Of a DNA stretch of 36,054 nucleotides, positions 28,130 to 35,638 are shown piece after piece. The translations under genes and the position numbers were made by a program. Source of the DNA: Patescibacteria group bacterium (lineage in GTDB: Bacteria; Patescibacteriota; Patescibacteriia; WFTA01; S139-112); assembly GCA_015485715.1 (NCBI GenBank), contig WFTA01000033.1, forward strand, positions 1 to 36,054. Reading direction: 5' to 3'. Below the pieces are notes generated by a model, which was not told the origin of the DNA, made no database searches, and saw only the letters and a program-made list of their open reading frames with translations. Within the stretch, counting starts at the first letter, position 1. The number at the start of each line of letters is the position of its first letter.

Positions 28130-28193
28130 ATTTTCGCTTCGCTCAAATTTAATTACCCTAACACAAAGATAATTTGACTCTACATTATAATGA

Positions 28194-29468
28194 TTACAAT
28201 TGTAAACACTTTCTAAAACTTAAGCTTGATACCAATTCATCAAATAATCTTAAGATTGTCCTTCTTTCCTTATTCATCTTAATCCACATATCATATAATC
28301 CGCCCGTTACTCTTTTATTGCTGTCCCTATGAATAATATATTCACCTTCACTCTTTACCCCATTTTCAGACATCCATTTCTTAATTTTCCTGTCATGATT
28401 TTCAATCATCTCTTTTCTCACTATATACAACTGTCCTTTTATTTTTTTTAAACACCCATTCCACACCCTCCATACATCTTCTTCTATTCGCCAATAAGGC
28501 ATCTTTGTATTCCAAGATGTCTCTCTTACATTCTTCAAAACACTTTCAATAATTGCTTTTATTTTATTTCTATACTTTATATCTATAAAATTATATTCTG
28601 ACTCTTTTTGAATTAATAATCTCTCTAATACCTGTGAACTACTAGCTATTAAAGCATCTATTAACTTCTGTGTTTCTTGCTTCCTATACTTGCAAATATC
28701 CAATTCATTAATATTTAAAAAATATGTTCTTAGATATTGCTTTAAATTTGATATGTTATCTTTCAAAAAAATAATATCTTCAATTTCCATTTTTTGCCAA
28801 GAATCACCCAAAATTACCTCTACAATATTATGACTATATATAGCTAAGGCAGATCCAAATTTCCTCATTGCATTTACTACTGCATTATTGCAAACTTCTA
28901 TTATATTTTTATCATTTTTATATTCATCATATTCTCCCATCACATTAAATAAATTTTTAATATTACTAATTAACCCATCCAAAATCTGAATATATTTATA
29001 CAATTTAGGCAACATATCAATTTCATACTCTAATTCCAAGCCTGTATCTGTAAAACTAATAATAAAATTTTTATCTTGAGAAATATTAACAAATTCCTCT
29101 GTTTTGTATTTGTCCGCATTGCCTTTCAATATGGATACAAAACCAGCACAATTCAATTTTACTTTTTCCCCCTCCACCTTTATTGTAGACAATGCTAAAA
29201 CCTTTTCCAATGTGTCTTCTATTATAAATTTATATACACTTACTGAAAAGATTAACTCATATAAAACATGTTTATCCAAACCTCTATTCTCATTCTGGAG
29301 GCTATGAATTATTACTGCAATATGATTGCTTTCAATAATACGCGCTATATATAATAAATCTGTTTGATATTTATCTGACTTCAAAGAAGCTTCTAAATCA
29401 AAACTCATCTGTTCACTTCTATTGTCGGTTTGTGTAGGATATAAGGAATACATAACTTTATAATTCAA
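28194..29468 (-). CDS. Hypothetical protein (very AT-rich)
   Basis: 424-codon ORF, no recognised motif; start uncertain. Confidence 0.6.
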   Translation of the reverse strand: MNYKVMYSLYPTQTDNRSEQMSFDLEASLKSDKYQTDLLYIARIIESNHIAVIIHSLQNENRGLDKHVLYELIFSVSVYKFIIEDTLEKVLALSTIKVEGEKVKLNCAGFVSILKGNADKYKTEEFVNISQDKNFIISFTDTGLELEYEIDMLPKLYKYIQILDGLISNIKNLFNVMGEYDEYKNDKNIIEVCNNAVVNAMRKFGSALAIYSHNIVEVILGDSWQKMEIEDIIFLKDNISNLKQYLRTYFLNINELDICKYRKQETQKLIDALIASSSQVLERLLIQKESEYNFIDIKYRNKIKAIIESVLKNVRETSWNTKMPYWRIEEDVWRVWNGCLKKIKGQLYIVRKEMIENHDRKIKKWMSENGVKSEGEYIIHRDSNKRVTGGLYDMWIKMNKERRTILRLFDELVSSLSFRKCLQL

Positions 29469-29528
29469 TTAGATTCTCGCAATTTTAGCACAAAATTATA
29501 AAAAAATCAAGGCATAGAACCGAAATAC

Positions 29529-29556
29529 AAAAAACACACCCTTTTGGGTGTGTTTT
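29529..29556 (-). terminator. Intrinsic terminator of rpsB-tsf (potentially bidirectional)
   Basis: AAAACACACCC-TTTT-GGGTGTGTTTT hairpin flanked by A/T runs. Confidence 0.75.
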
Positions 29557-29582
29557 GTATTTGGGCGAGTTCTATTTACAAA

Positions 29583-30164
29583 CTAAACAGTAAATCTGAC
29601 AAATTTGCCAATTGTTATCTTCTCTCCCAGCTTTGCAGTTTTTTCTACAATCAGATCTTTAATCTTCTTGCTGTCATCCTGTATCCATACCTGTTCCATC
29701 AGGCATACTTCTTCATAAAATTTCTGCATCTTGCCTTCTACTATCTTTTCTATCACATCCTGCGGCTTTCCTTCTTTTTCAAACTGCTCTCTGTAAAAAC
29801 TTTTTTCTTTTTCCAGCACTTCTTCTGGAATATCTTCTATATTCACATACTGTGGATTCATGGCTGCTATTTGCATGGCTATCTGATGTGCCAACTCTTT
29901 AAACTCCTCATTTTTAGCAACAAAATCAGTCTCACAATTAAGTACTACCATGGCGCCCAATTTTCCGGGCGGATGTATATAAGCATATACAAGACCTTCT
30001 TTTGCTTCTCTCTCCTGTTTTTTGGCAGCTATCTGAGCGCCTCTTTTTTTCAAAATTTCCTTAGCTTTATCCGGATCACCTCCTGCCTCCTCTAAGGCAC
30101 TTTTAATATCCACTATACCTGCCCCTGTCTCTTCTCTTATTTGTTTGATTAAACTAGCATCCAT
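29583..30164 (-). CDS. tsf: Elongation factor Ts (short form)
   Basis: IREETGAG..D.K.AL, EG.V.AYIH, LNCETDFVA, LGEKI.I..F.RF. Confidence 0.97.
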   Translation of the reverse strand: MDASLIKQIREETGAGIVDIKSALEEAGGDPDKAKEILKKRGAQIAAKKQEREAKEGLVYAYIHPPGKLGAMVVLNCETDFVAKNEEFKELAHQIAMQIAAMNPQYVNIEDIPEEVLEKEKSFYREQFEKEGKPQDVIEKIVEGKMQKFYEEVCLMEQVWIQDDSKKIKDLIVEKTAKLGEKITIGKFVRFTV

Positions 30165-30199
30165 ACATTTATTAGTTAATTGTAAAAGATTTTTAATCT

Positions 30200-30258
30200 A
30201 TAAATACTAAATTATAAACTCTAAATTCTAAAAACAACAAGAGACAATTTTCAATTTT
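30200..30258 (-). repeat. Heptamer tail upstream of tsf
   Basis: Minus strand GAAAATTGAAAATT...TTTAGAATTTAGAGTTTATAATTTAGTATTT. Confidence 0.7.
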
Positions 30259-30368
30259 CAACCCAGCCCCACTTTTCAACATTATCTGCAGATATGTTGC
30301 TTTAAATCAAATTATATAACCCTATGGTTTTATAACATAGTTTTATCTCAAAAAGTGGGGCTGGGTTG
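30259..30368. mobile_element. MITE-like repeat, copy 4, inside the rpsB-tsf operon
   Basis: Perfect 18-bp terminal inverted repeat CAACCCAGCCCCACTTTT / AAAAGTGGGGCTGGGTTG. Confidence 0.85.
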
Positions 30369-30396
30369 GTAAATTTGAAAATTAAATACATCGTTT

Positions 30397-31125
30397 TTAC
30401 TCTTTCTCTATCTTTGGTTCTTGGTTTGACTTAGCCTTTTCTCTTCCTGCCTTGACAGCTTCTACCATTACAGAAGTTATCAGCTCCACTGTTCTAATAG
30501 AATCATCATTGGCAGGAACAGGAAAATCAACAAGTGTGGGATCTGTGTTTGTATCTGTAATTGCAACCACAGGTATCTGTCTTTTATTTGCCTCTTTAAC
30601 AGCTGTTTTTTCCTCCTTAATATCAACAATATAGATCAGGTCAGGAATCTTGGTTAATTCTCTTATACCACCCACCATCTCGTTTATTTTCTCTATCTCT
30701 CTGTCAAATATAAGCCTCTCTTTTTTGGTATATTTCTTCTCATAATCAGGATCTTCTTTTTGCTTTTCAAGATTTATAAGCTTGTCTACCAACTTTCTGA
30801 TAACTGAAAAATTAGTAATAGTTCCTCCAAGCCACCTCTCATTTACATAAGGTACACCAGCCTCTTCTGCCATGTTTTTTATTATAGATTTTATGGACTT
30901 TTTTGTTCCTACAAACAAAATAGTCTTGCCGTGTGATATTTCATCTTCCACAAACTCTGCGGCCTTTTTGAGATTATCTATGGTTTTCACCAAATCTATA
31001 ATGTGGATTTCATTTCTGGAAGTATATATATACGGAGCTGCATTTGGATGCCACTTGGATATTTTATGACCAAAATGAGCACCTGTTTTTAACAAATCTT
31101 CCATTGTGGGTATATTTACAGACAT
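30397..31125 (-). CDS. rpsB: 30S ribosomal protein S2
   Basis: GAHFGH....W.P, LFVGTK, RWLGGT.TN, DTN.DP, PANDDS; ATG 31125 preferred. Confidence 0.97.
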   Translation of the reverse strand: MSVNIPTMEDLLKTGAHFGHKISKWHPNAAPYIYTSRNEIHIIDLVKTIDNLKKAAEFVEDEISHGKTILFVGTKKSIKSIIKNMAEEAGVPYVNERWLGGTITNFSVIRKLVDKLINLEKQKEDPDYEKKYTKKERLIFDREIEKINEMVGGIRELTKIPDLIYIVDIKEEKTAVKEANKRQIPVVAITDTNTDPTLVDFPVPANDDSIRTVELITSVMVEAVKAGREKAKSNQEPKIEKE

Positions 31126-31158
31126 ATAAACATTTTTAATATTAATCAATTTGCAAAT

Positions 31159-31250
31159 AAAAAAACCTTTTGCATACGCAAAAGGGAGCTGTAATTCCCT
31201 TTTGCCTTCTCTTTTCTCACGCCCTTGACGGGAGGGAATTTGAGAAAAGA
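31159..31250 (-). promoter_or_regulatory. Structured rpsB leader with terminator, antiterminator and possible pseudoknot
   Basis: 10-bp stem 31210-19/31241-50; 10-bp stem 31178-87/31196-205; 8-bp terminator 31166-73/31178-85 plus T7. Confidence 0.7.
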
Positions 31251-31264
31251 TGCTTGATATCTAT

Positions 31265-31308
31265 AGTATAACTTATTGTTTTGAAAAATCAAGAGGTCCT
31301 GTGTATAA
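31265..31308 (-). promoter_or_regulatory. rpsB promoter with DnaA-box-like site
   Basis: TTGATT(31292-31287)-16 nt-TATACT(31270-31265); TTATACACA at 31308-31300. Confidence 0.5.
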
Positions 31309-31328
31309 GTTACTTATCTCTTTCACAT

Positions 31329-31357
31329 TTGACCTGAAGCAAAAAATATTGTATATT
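31329..31357 (+). promoter_or_regulatory. Promoter of the tRNA-Ile transcript
   Basis: TTGACC-17 nt-TATATT. Confidence 0.55.
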
Positions 31358-31375
31358 GTAAACAACATCCTGTGT

Positions 31376-31453
31376 AATTTTCAATCAACGATTTACAAAT
31401 AAGGATAATTGAAAATTTAGAGTTTAGAATTTAGTATTTCGGATTTAGAATTT
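31376..31453 (+). repeat. Minimal heptamer cassette
   Basis: AATTTTTCAAT...ATTGAAAATTT followed by TTTAGAGTTTAGAATTTAGTATTTCGGATTTAGAATTT. Confidence 0.7.
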
Positions 31454-31458
31454 GTATA

Positions 31459-31502
31459 TTTGGGTGGGTAGCTCAGGTGGTTACCCCGTCAGTCGACAGG
31501 GT
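31459..31502 (+). pseudogene. Duplicated tRNA-Ile 5' fragment ending at a mini-hairpin
   Basis: 31459-31483 identical to 31555-31579, followed by ACCCCGTC-AGTC-GACAGGGT. Confidence 0.8.
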
Positions 31503-31557
31503 TCATATCAAATCTTATTCATCTGTAAATCTCAATTCTGTAATAATAAGAATGTTT

Positions 31558-31631
31558 GGGTGGGTAGCTCAGGTGGTTAGAGCGCATCCCTGATAAGGAT
31601 GAGGTCGGAGGTTCGAGTCCTCCCTCACCCA
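31558..31631 (+). tRNA. tRNA-Ile(GAT)
   Basis: GGGTGGG/CTCACCC acceptor, CATCC-CTGATAA-GGATG, GGAGG-TTCGAGT-CCTCC. Confidence 0.96.
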
Positions 31632-31645
31632 CAGCAAATTTTCCC

Positions 31646-31863
31646 TTGCCTCGCTGAAACCTTGGTGAAAGCGGGCATCGCCTCGCCGAAGTTTTAACGA
31701 AGACGGGCATCGCCTCGCCGAAGTTTTAACGAAGACGGGCATCGCCTCGCCGTAGCTTTAGCGAAGGCGGGATTGCCTCGCTATAGTCTTGACAAAACTC
31801 GCCTTCGCACCGAATGTGCTATGGTAAAGCGCAGCTCTCCTATGCCAAGGCTTCGGCGAAGCG
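31646..31863. repeat. Tandem 32-bp GC-rich repeats (about 4.5 units) followed by two inverted relatives
   Basis: TCGCCTCGCCGAAGTTTTAACGAAGACGGGCA exact at 31678 and 31710, degenerate at 31646, 31742 and 31773; no spacers. Confidence 0.85.
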
Positions 31864-31904
31864 CTGTACTTTGTATTTGAAGTAAGGAATAAGTTTTATT
31901 TATA
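31835..31904 (+). repeat. Left arm of a 70-bp inverted repeat
   Basis: Reverse complement matches 35295-35364 at 61/70 positions (manual count). Confidence 0.8.
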
Positions 31905-32013
31905 AGCATATTTTGTCTCTCTGTCAAAAATTATATCTTCAAAGTCAATAAGAACATGTCAAAAGATAAAAAATAGGCTTTTGAAATACTGAAAATCAGT
32001 GTATAATATAAAT

Positions 32014-32829
32014 ATGGCAAAGACAACATCAAAACTAGACTCTAAAAAGCGGTATCTGCAAATAGCACTAAACAATGATCTTGTAGAGACAAGGAAAATT
32101 ATTACCAATCTTCCACTGAGTGATAGGATTATTCTTGAGGCTGGTACTCCCCTTATCAAAAGATATGGTATAGGGATAATAAGTGAAATAAAACATCTTT
32201 ATTCTCTTCGTCTGTCTGGATCAAGTCCAGATATCTACTCCAATGTTACATTTAAAGAGTTTATCTCTTTTTTTGCTGGTATGGATAAAAAAACACTAAA
32301 CAAAACACAGAATTTGGAAGCTTCTTTTAATACAAAAAATACTGACAAATTTCTTCCTTATGTAGTGGCTGATTTGAAAATGATGGATAGAGGAGAAACA
32401 GAAGCTGAATTGGCTGCTGAAGCAGGTGCAGATGCAGCAGTTGCCCTTGGCCACGCACCTGTAGAATCCCTTAATGCATTTATCCAAAAATGTAATAAGC
32501 TTGGTATAGATGCTATGATAGATATGATGAATGTAGAATATCCTCTTCACATACTCAGACAACTCAAAAAACAACCACAAGTAGTTATACTTCACAGAGG
32601 TGTAGATGAAGAAAGGTTCAATAGAGAAAAAATACTTCCACTATATGAAATAAGGCGAATAAAAGCAAACTATGATATATTAATCGCTGTGGCAGGAGGA
32701 GATTCTATAAAAGAAGTACAAAGCGCAGTGTTCAATAATGCTGATATTGTAGTGGTATGGAAAGATTTTTACCAAAGCTCAGACAAGACACTTTCTTTGG
32801 CTGAAGAATTTTTGCAAAAAATTAAATAG
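32014..32829 (+). CDS. 3-hexulose-6-phosphate synthase-like protein (OMPDC/HUMPS family)
   Basis: YLQIAL, ILEAGTPLIK.YG, VADLK..D.G..E, AGADA, LHRG.DEE, VAGG. Confidence 0.8.
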   Translation: MAKTTSKLDSKKRYLQIALNNDLVETRKIITNLPLSDRIILEAGTPLIKRYGIGIISEIKHLYSLRLSGSSPDIYSNVTFKEFISFFAGMDKKTLNKTQNLEASFNTKNTDKFLPYVVADLKMMDRGETEAELAAEAGADAAVALGHAPVESLNAFIQKCNKLGIDAMIDMMNVEYPLHILRQLKKQPQVVILHRGVDEERFNREKILPLYEIRRIKANYDILIAVAGGDSIKEVQSAVFNNADIVVVWKDFYQSSDKTLSLAEEFLQKIK

Positions 32830-33229
32830 ATCTTGAAGCAGGGGAACGCAATAATAAAAACAAAAATCCGACTAAACTCATAAAGACAGACTTATCTCTA
32901 TCCCCTGTCATAAAAAATACTATCAACCCATATATCACAACAGCCTCCAACAACGCCCACTTGACAATATCAGCCAATAGATATGCTTTCTGCTGTTCCT
33001 CAGGCAGCAGATCTTTTTCCTTTGTATTCCTTATGAAAATATTTTTTACAAAAAAAGATGCAGCAATGGTAATTGCAGACAAACCTGCAAAAATATGATA
33101 AATCTGTATATCCTCTGTCCTTATCGCTTTCCCTTCATCTATGAAAAACATTAAGCCTATTATAAATAAAGAAGAAAAAATATAGTAGATATATATAAGC
33201 TTGTATTTCACACTCTCTTTTAAATCCAT
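32822..33229 (-). CDS. Hypothetical four-TM membrane protein
   Basis: Four hydrophobic segments, WALLEA...YG motif; co-oriented with the SPFH gene. Confidence 0.7.
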   Translation of the reverse strand: MDLKESVKYKLIYIYYIFSSLFIIGLMFFIDEGKAIRTEDIQIYHIFAGLSAITIAASFFVKNIFIRNTKEKDLLPEEQQKAYLLADIVKWALLEAVVIYGLIVFFMTGDRDKSVFMSLVGFLFLLLRSPASRSI

Positions 33230-33239
33230 ACTATACAGG

Positions 33240-33998
33240 CTAATTATCTGACTTGTGCTTCAATGTCTGAGACAAAGACTTAATACCTTCCATAAACTCA
33301 ACAGGAAGTGCAAAAATAACTGTCTTGGACGGGTCAGGATTAATCTTTTCAATGGTCTGCAGGGTTCTCAGAGAGATGCCACCGGGCATAGAGCTAAGCA
33401 CTTTGGCCGCCTGAGAAAGCTTTTCAGCAGCAGTATACTCTCCTTCTGCCTGAATGATGATCGCTCTTCTTTCTCTCTCTGCTTCTGCCTGCTTGGCCAT
33501 CACTCTCTTCATATCAGCAGGAAGCTCTATATCCTGCATTTTAATGTATGAAACATTTATACCCCAGTCATCAGTTGCCTCATCCACCACTTTCTTAATC
33601 TCTTCTGCTATTTTATCTCTGGCAGACAAAAGGGTATCCAGATCCACATCACCTACAACATCACGGAGTGTGGCTTGAGCATAGAGTGCTACAGAGTGAC
33701 GAAAATCTTTTATCACCAAAACAGCCCTCTCCGCGCTTACCACATTAAAATACACAACAGCATTGATACCCACAGTTACATTGTCTTTGGTGATTACCTC
33801 CTGCTGAGGAATATCCACTGTAGTAATCCTCATATCAACTTTAATCATTCTCTGGATTCCCGGAAAAATCCATGTAAGTCCGGGTTGGCGTGTACCTGTG
33901 TATTTACCCAAAGTAAGCACCACGCCTTTTTCATATTGGTCCACCACTCTCAACCCGCCAAGGATAATGAACACTGCTATTAAAATTACAAAATACAT
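33240..33998 (-). CDS. SPFH / stomatin-like (slipin) protein
   Basis: Q.VITKDNV.V..NAVVY, TLR.V.G...LD.LL..R, WG..V, M.KQAEAERERRA, LRTLQT. Confidence 0.93.
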   Translation of the reverse strand: MYFVILIAVFIILGGLRVVDQYEKGVVLTLGKYTGTRQPGLTWIFPGIQRMIKVDMRITTVDIPQQEVITKDNVTVGINAVVYFNVVSAERAVLVIKDFRHSVALYAQATLRDVVGDVDLDTLLSARDKIAEEIKKVVDEATDDWGINVSYIKMQDIELPADMKRVMAKQAEAERERRAIIIQAEGEYTAAEKLSQAAKVLSSMPGGISLRTLQTIEKINPDPSKTVIFALPVEFMEGIKSLSQTLKHKSDN

Positions 33999-34138
33999 AT
34001 ATCCACAAGTTAATTATCTGATATAAGTATAGCATAAGAAGTATTATTAGCAAAGAACTGTATCTCCCTAACTTCAAATTATGCAACAAAGATAAACAGA
34101 CTAACCATCCTGTACAAACTGCGAGGAATTCTCTTGGA

Positions 34139-34402
34139 TTAGTACTTTGTTTTTTGAAATGTGTGTATGAAATCTAATAACTCTTGATAATCTTTGATAA
34201 TTATAGGATATTTCAGTAATGTATATCCATATTTTGAGACAGCAGCTATTAACATCAATTCGGGTTCAAGTTTTTTTATTCTATAATTAGGTGGGCCAAT
34301 AAAAGCATATTGTTTATTCCTATCAATCAACTTTACTACAAGCCTAGGTCCTAAAGAATCATACAAAAAAGCAACTATTTTGATGGGGTTTTTAAGTTCC
34401 AT
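34139..34402 (-). CDS. Hypothetical protein (87 aa)
   Basis: Start overlaps the restored stop codon of the upstream frameshifted gene. Confidence 0.55.
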   Translation of the reverse strand: MELKNPIKIVAFLYDSLGPRLVVKLIDRNKQYAFIGPPNYRIKKLEPELMLIAAVSKYGYTLLKYPIIIKDYQELLDFIHTFQKTKY

Positions 34403-35196
34403 ATCTAAAAACTTTTATATCTCTTACTGCAAAAGAAAATTTTATACCGGAGTATTTGCTTCTTAATTGTCTAATTTCAGGTAGATTCATAATTCTATTA
34501 CCTTCCTCTTGAGAATTAACACAAAACCTAATCTCTTTAATATCTCTCACATAAACACCACCAGCTATCTGAGCTTCGACATATTCCTTTCTTGTCTTAT
34601 CTCTTAACCATTTAAGTGCGGCTGCTCCTTCCCAGCCAACAACTTGATTCTGTGCAAGTTTTCCATAGCCTACATACCAATGTGAATCTCCATAAGTAAA
34701 AGGTGGTTCTATCCTTGATACTATCAGTATCCAACACTGCTATCACACTTCCATATCTATAAGCACCTCCAAACATATTATCATATGGAGTATTATGGAC
34801 AACAGCTCCATATATTAATGGAGGATCTTGCTCATCTCCTTTAGGTGCTATTCCTAATATATCTTCTACCTTCCTCCTGCTCCTATAATACAAATCAAGC
34901 ATTTTTGAAATAAAACCTTTAGGAGCTCTTGTTTCAAAATAAGAACTAAATCTTCCATTTTCAAATATACTATATAAACGATCAAATGGAAAATTTATAG
35001 TAACACCCAATGAATTAGAGACAACCTTTATCTCTTCTAAATCTGTACTATTCGGTTCTCTACCTAAAACTCTTTGAATAATTGCATAGGCCTTCCTTTC
35101 ACTATCTTTAGAAATTCCATCTATCCTATCTTTCCAAGGTTCACTATCTGTCTCAGATCTAGACCTTGTGTATTCAAATAAGAATCCTATAACCAT
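34392..35196 (-). pseudogene. DUF3626-like gene with one extra T (frameshift at 34698-34701)
   Basis: Removing one T gives RTTFTYGDS and later YVEAQIAGGV, open to a stop at 34392 (267 aa). Confidence 0.75.
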
Positions 35197-35294
35197 ATTA
35201 GCTTAGGAAATTGTAATAACATTCAGTATCAATTAAATTTTAACATAAATAAGGGATTAAACCAAACCATTATCAACTTCCAATATGTGAAAAA

Positions 35295-35383
35295 TATAAA
35301 TAAAACATATTCCTTACCCAAAGTACAAAATACAACGCTTCGCCGAAGCCTTGGTGTAGGAGAGTTTCGCTAAAGCTACGGCG
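35295..35383 (-). repeat. Right arm of the 70-bp inverted repeat plus a TTCGCTAAAGCTACGGCG unit
   Basis: Inverted match to 31835-31904; 35366-35383 is the exact reverse complement of 31748-31765. Confidence 0.8.
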
Positions 35384-35388
35384 ATAGG

Positions 35389-35632
35389 CAAAACAGAAAA
35401 ATTTTTTCACTTTTTTAATCACACACCCCCATCCCGCCTTGGCGGGACAATTAAGGAAAAGAAAAATTTCTGTTTTGTCTTCCTCTTAACAGAGGAAAAG
35501 CGGAAACGCTCCCACCCCAACCGCGCCTGCGGCGCGGAGTTCGCAAAAGGGCAAAAATTCCTTCCCTTGAGACCTCCCCTTCCTTTTTGCCCTTTTGCTT
35601 ATTCGCTCGCTTCGCGAGCGCGGCGGCGGGGA
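35389..35632. other. Cluster of at least 7 hairpins, several GC-rich
   Basis: Includes 15-bp stem 35543-57/35584-98, CCGCGCC-TGC-GGCGCGG, CGCTCGC-TTC-GCGAGCG, AGCG-GAAA-CGCT. Confidence 0.65.
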
Positions 35633-35638
35633 TTTTTA

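Noticed and set aside
29544-30095. 183-aa ORF and the other short ORFs nested in or antisense to identified genes
   Set aside because: Shadow frames of well-supported genes with no recognisable motifs.
31519-31710. 63-aa minus-strand ORF
   Set aside because: Antisense to tRNA-Ile and the tandem repeats.
31646-31793. CRISPR array
   Set aside because: Units are head-to-tail with no unique spacers, and there are no cas genes in the window.
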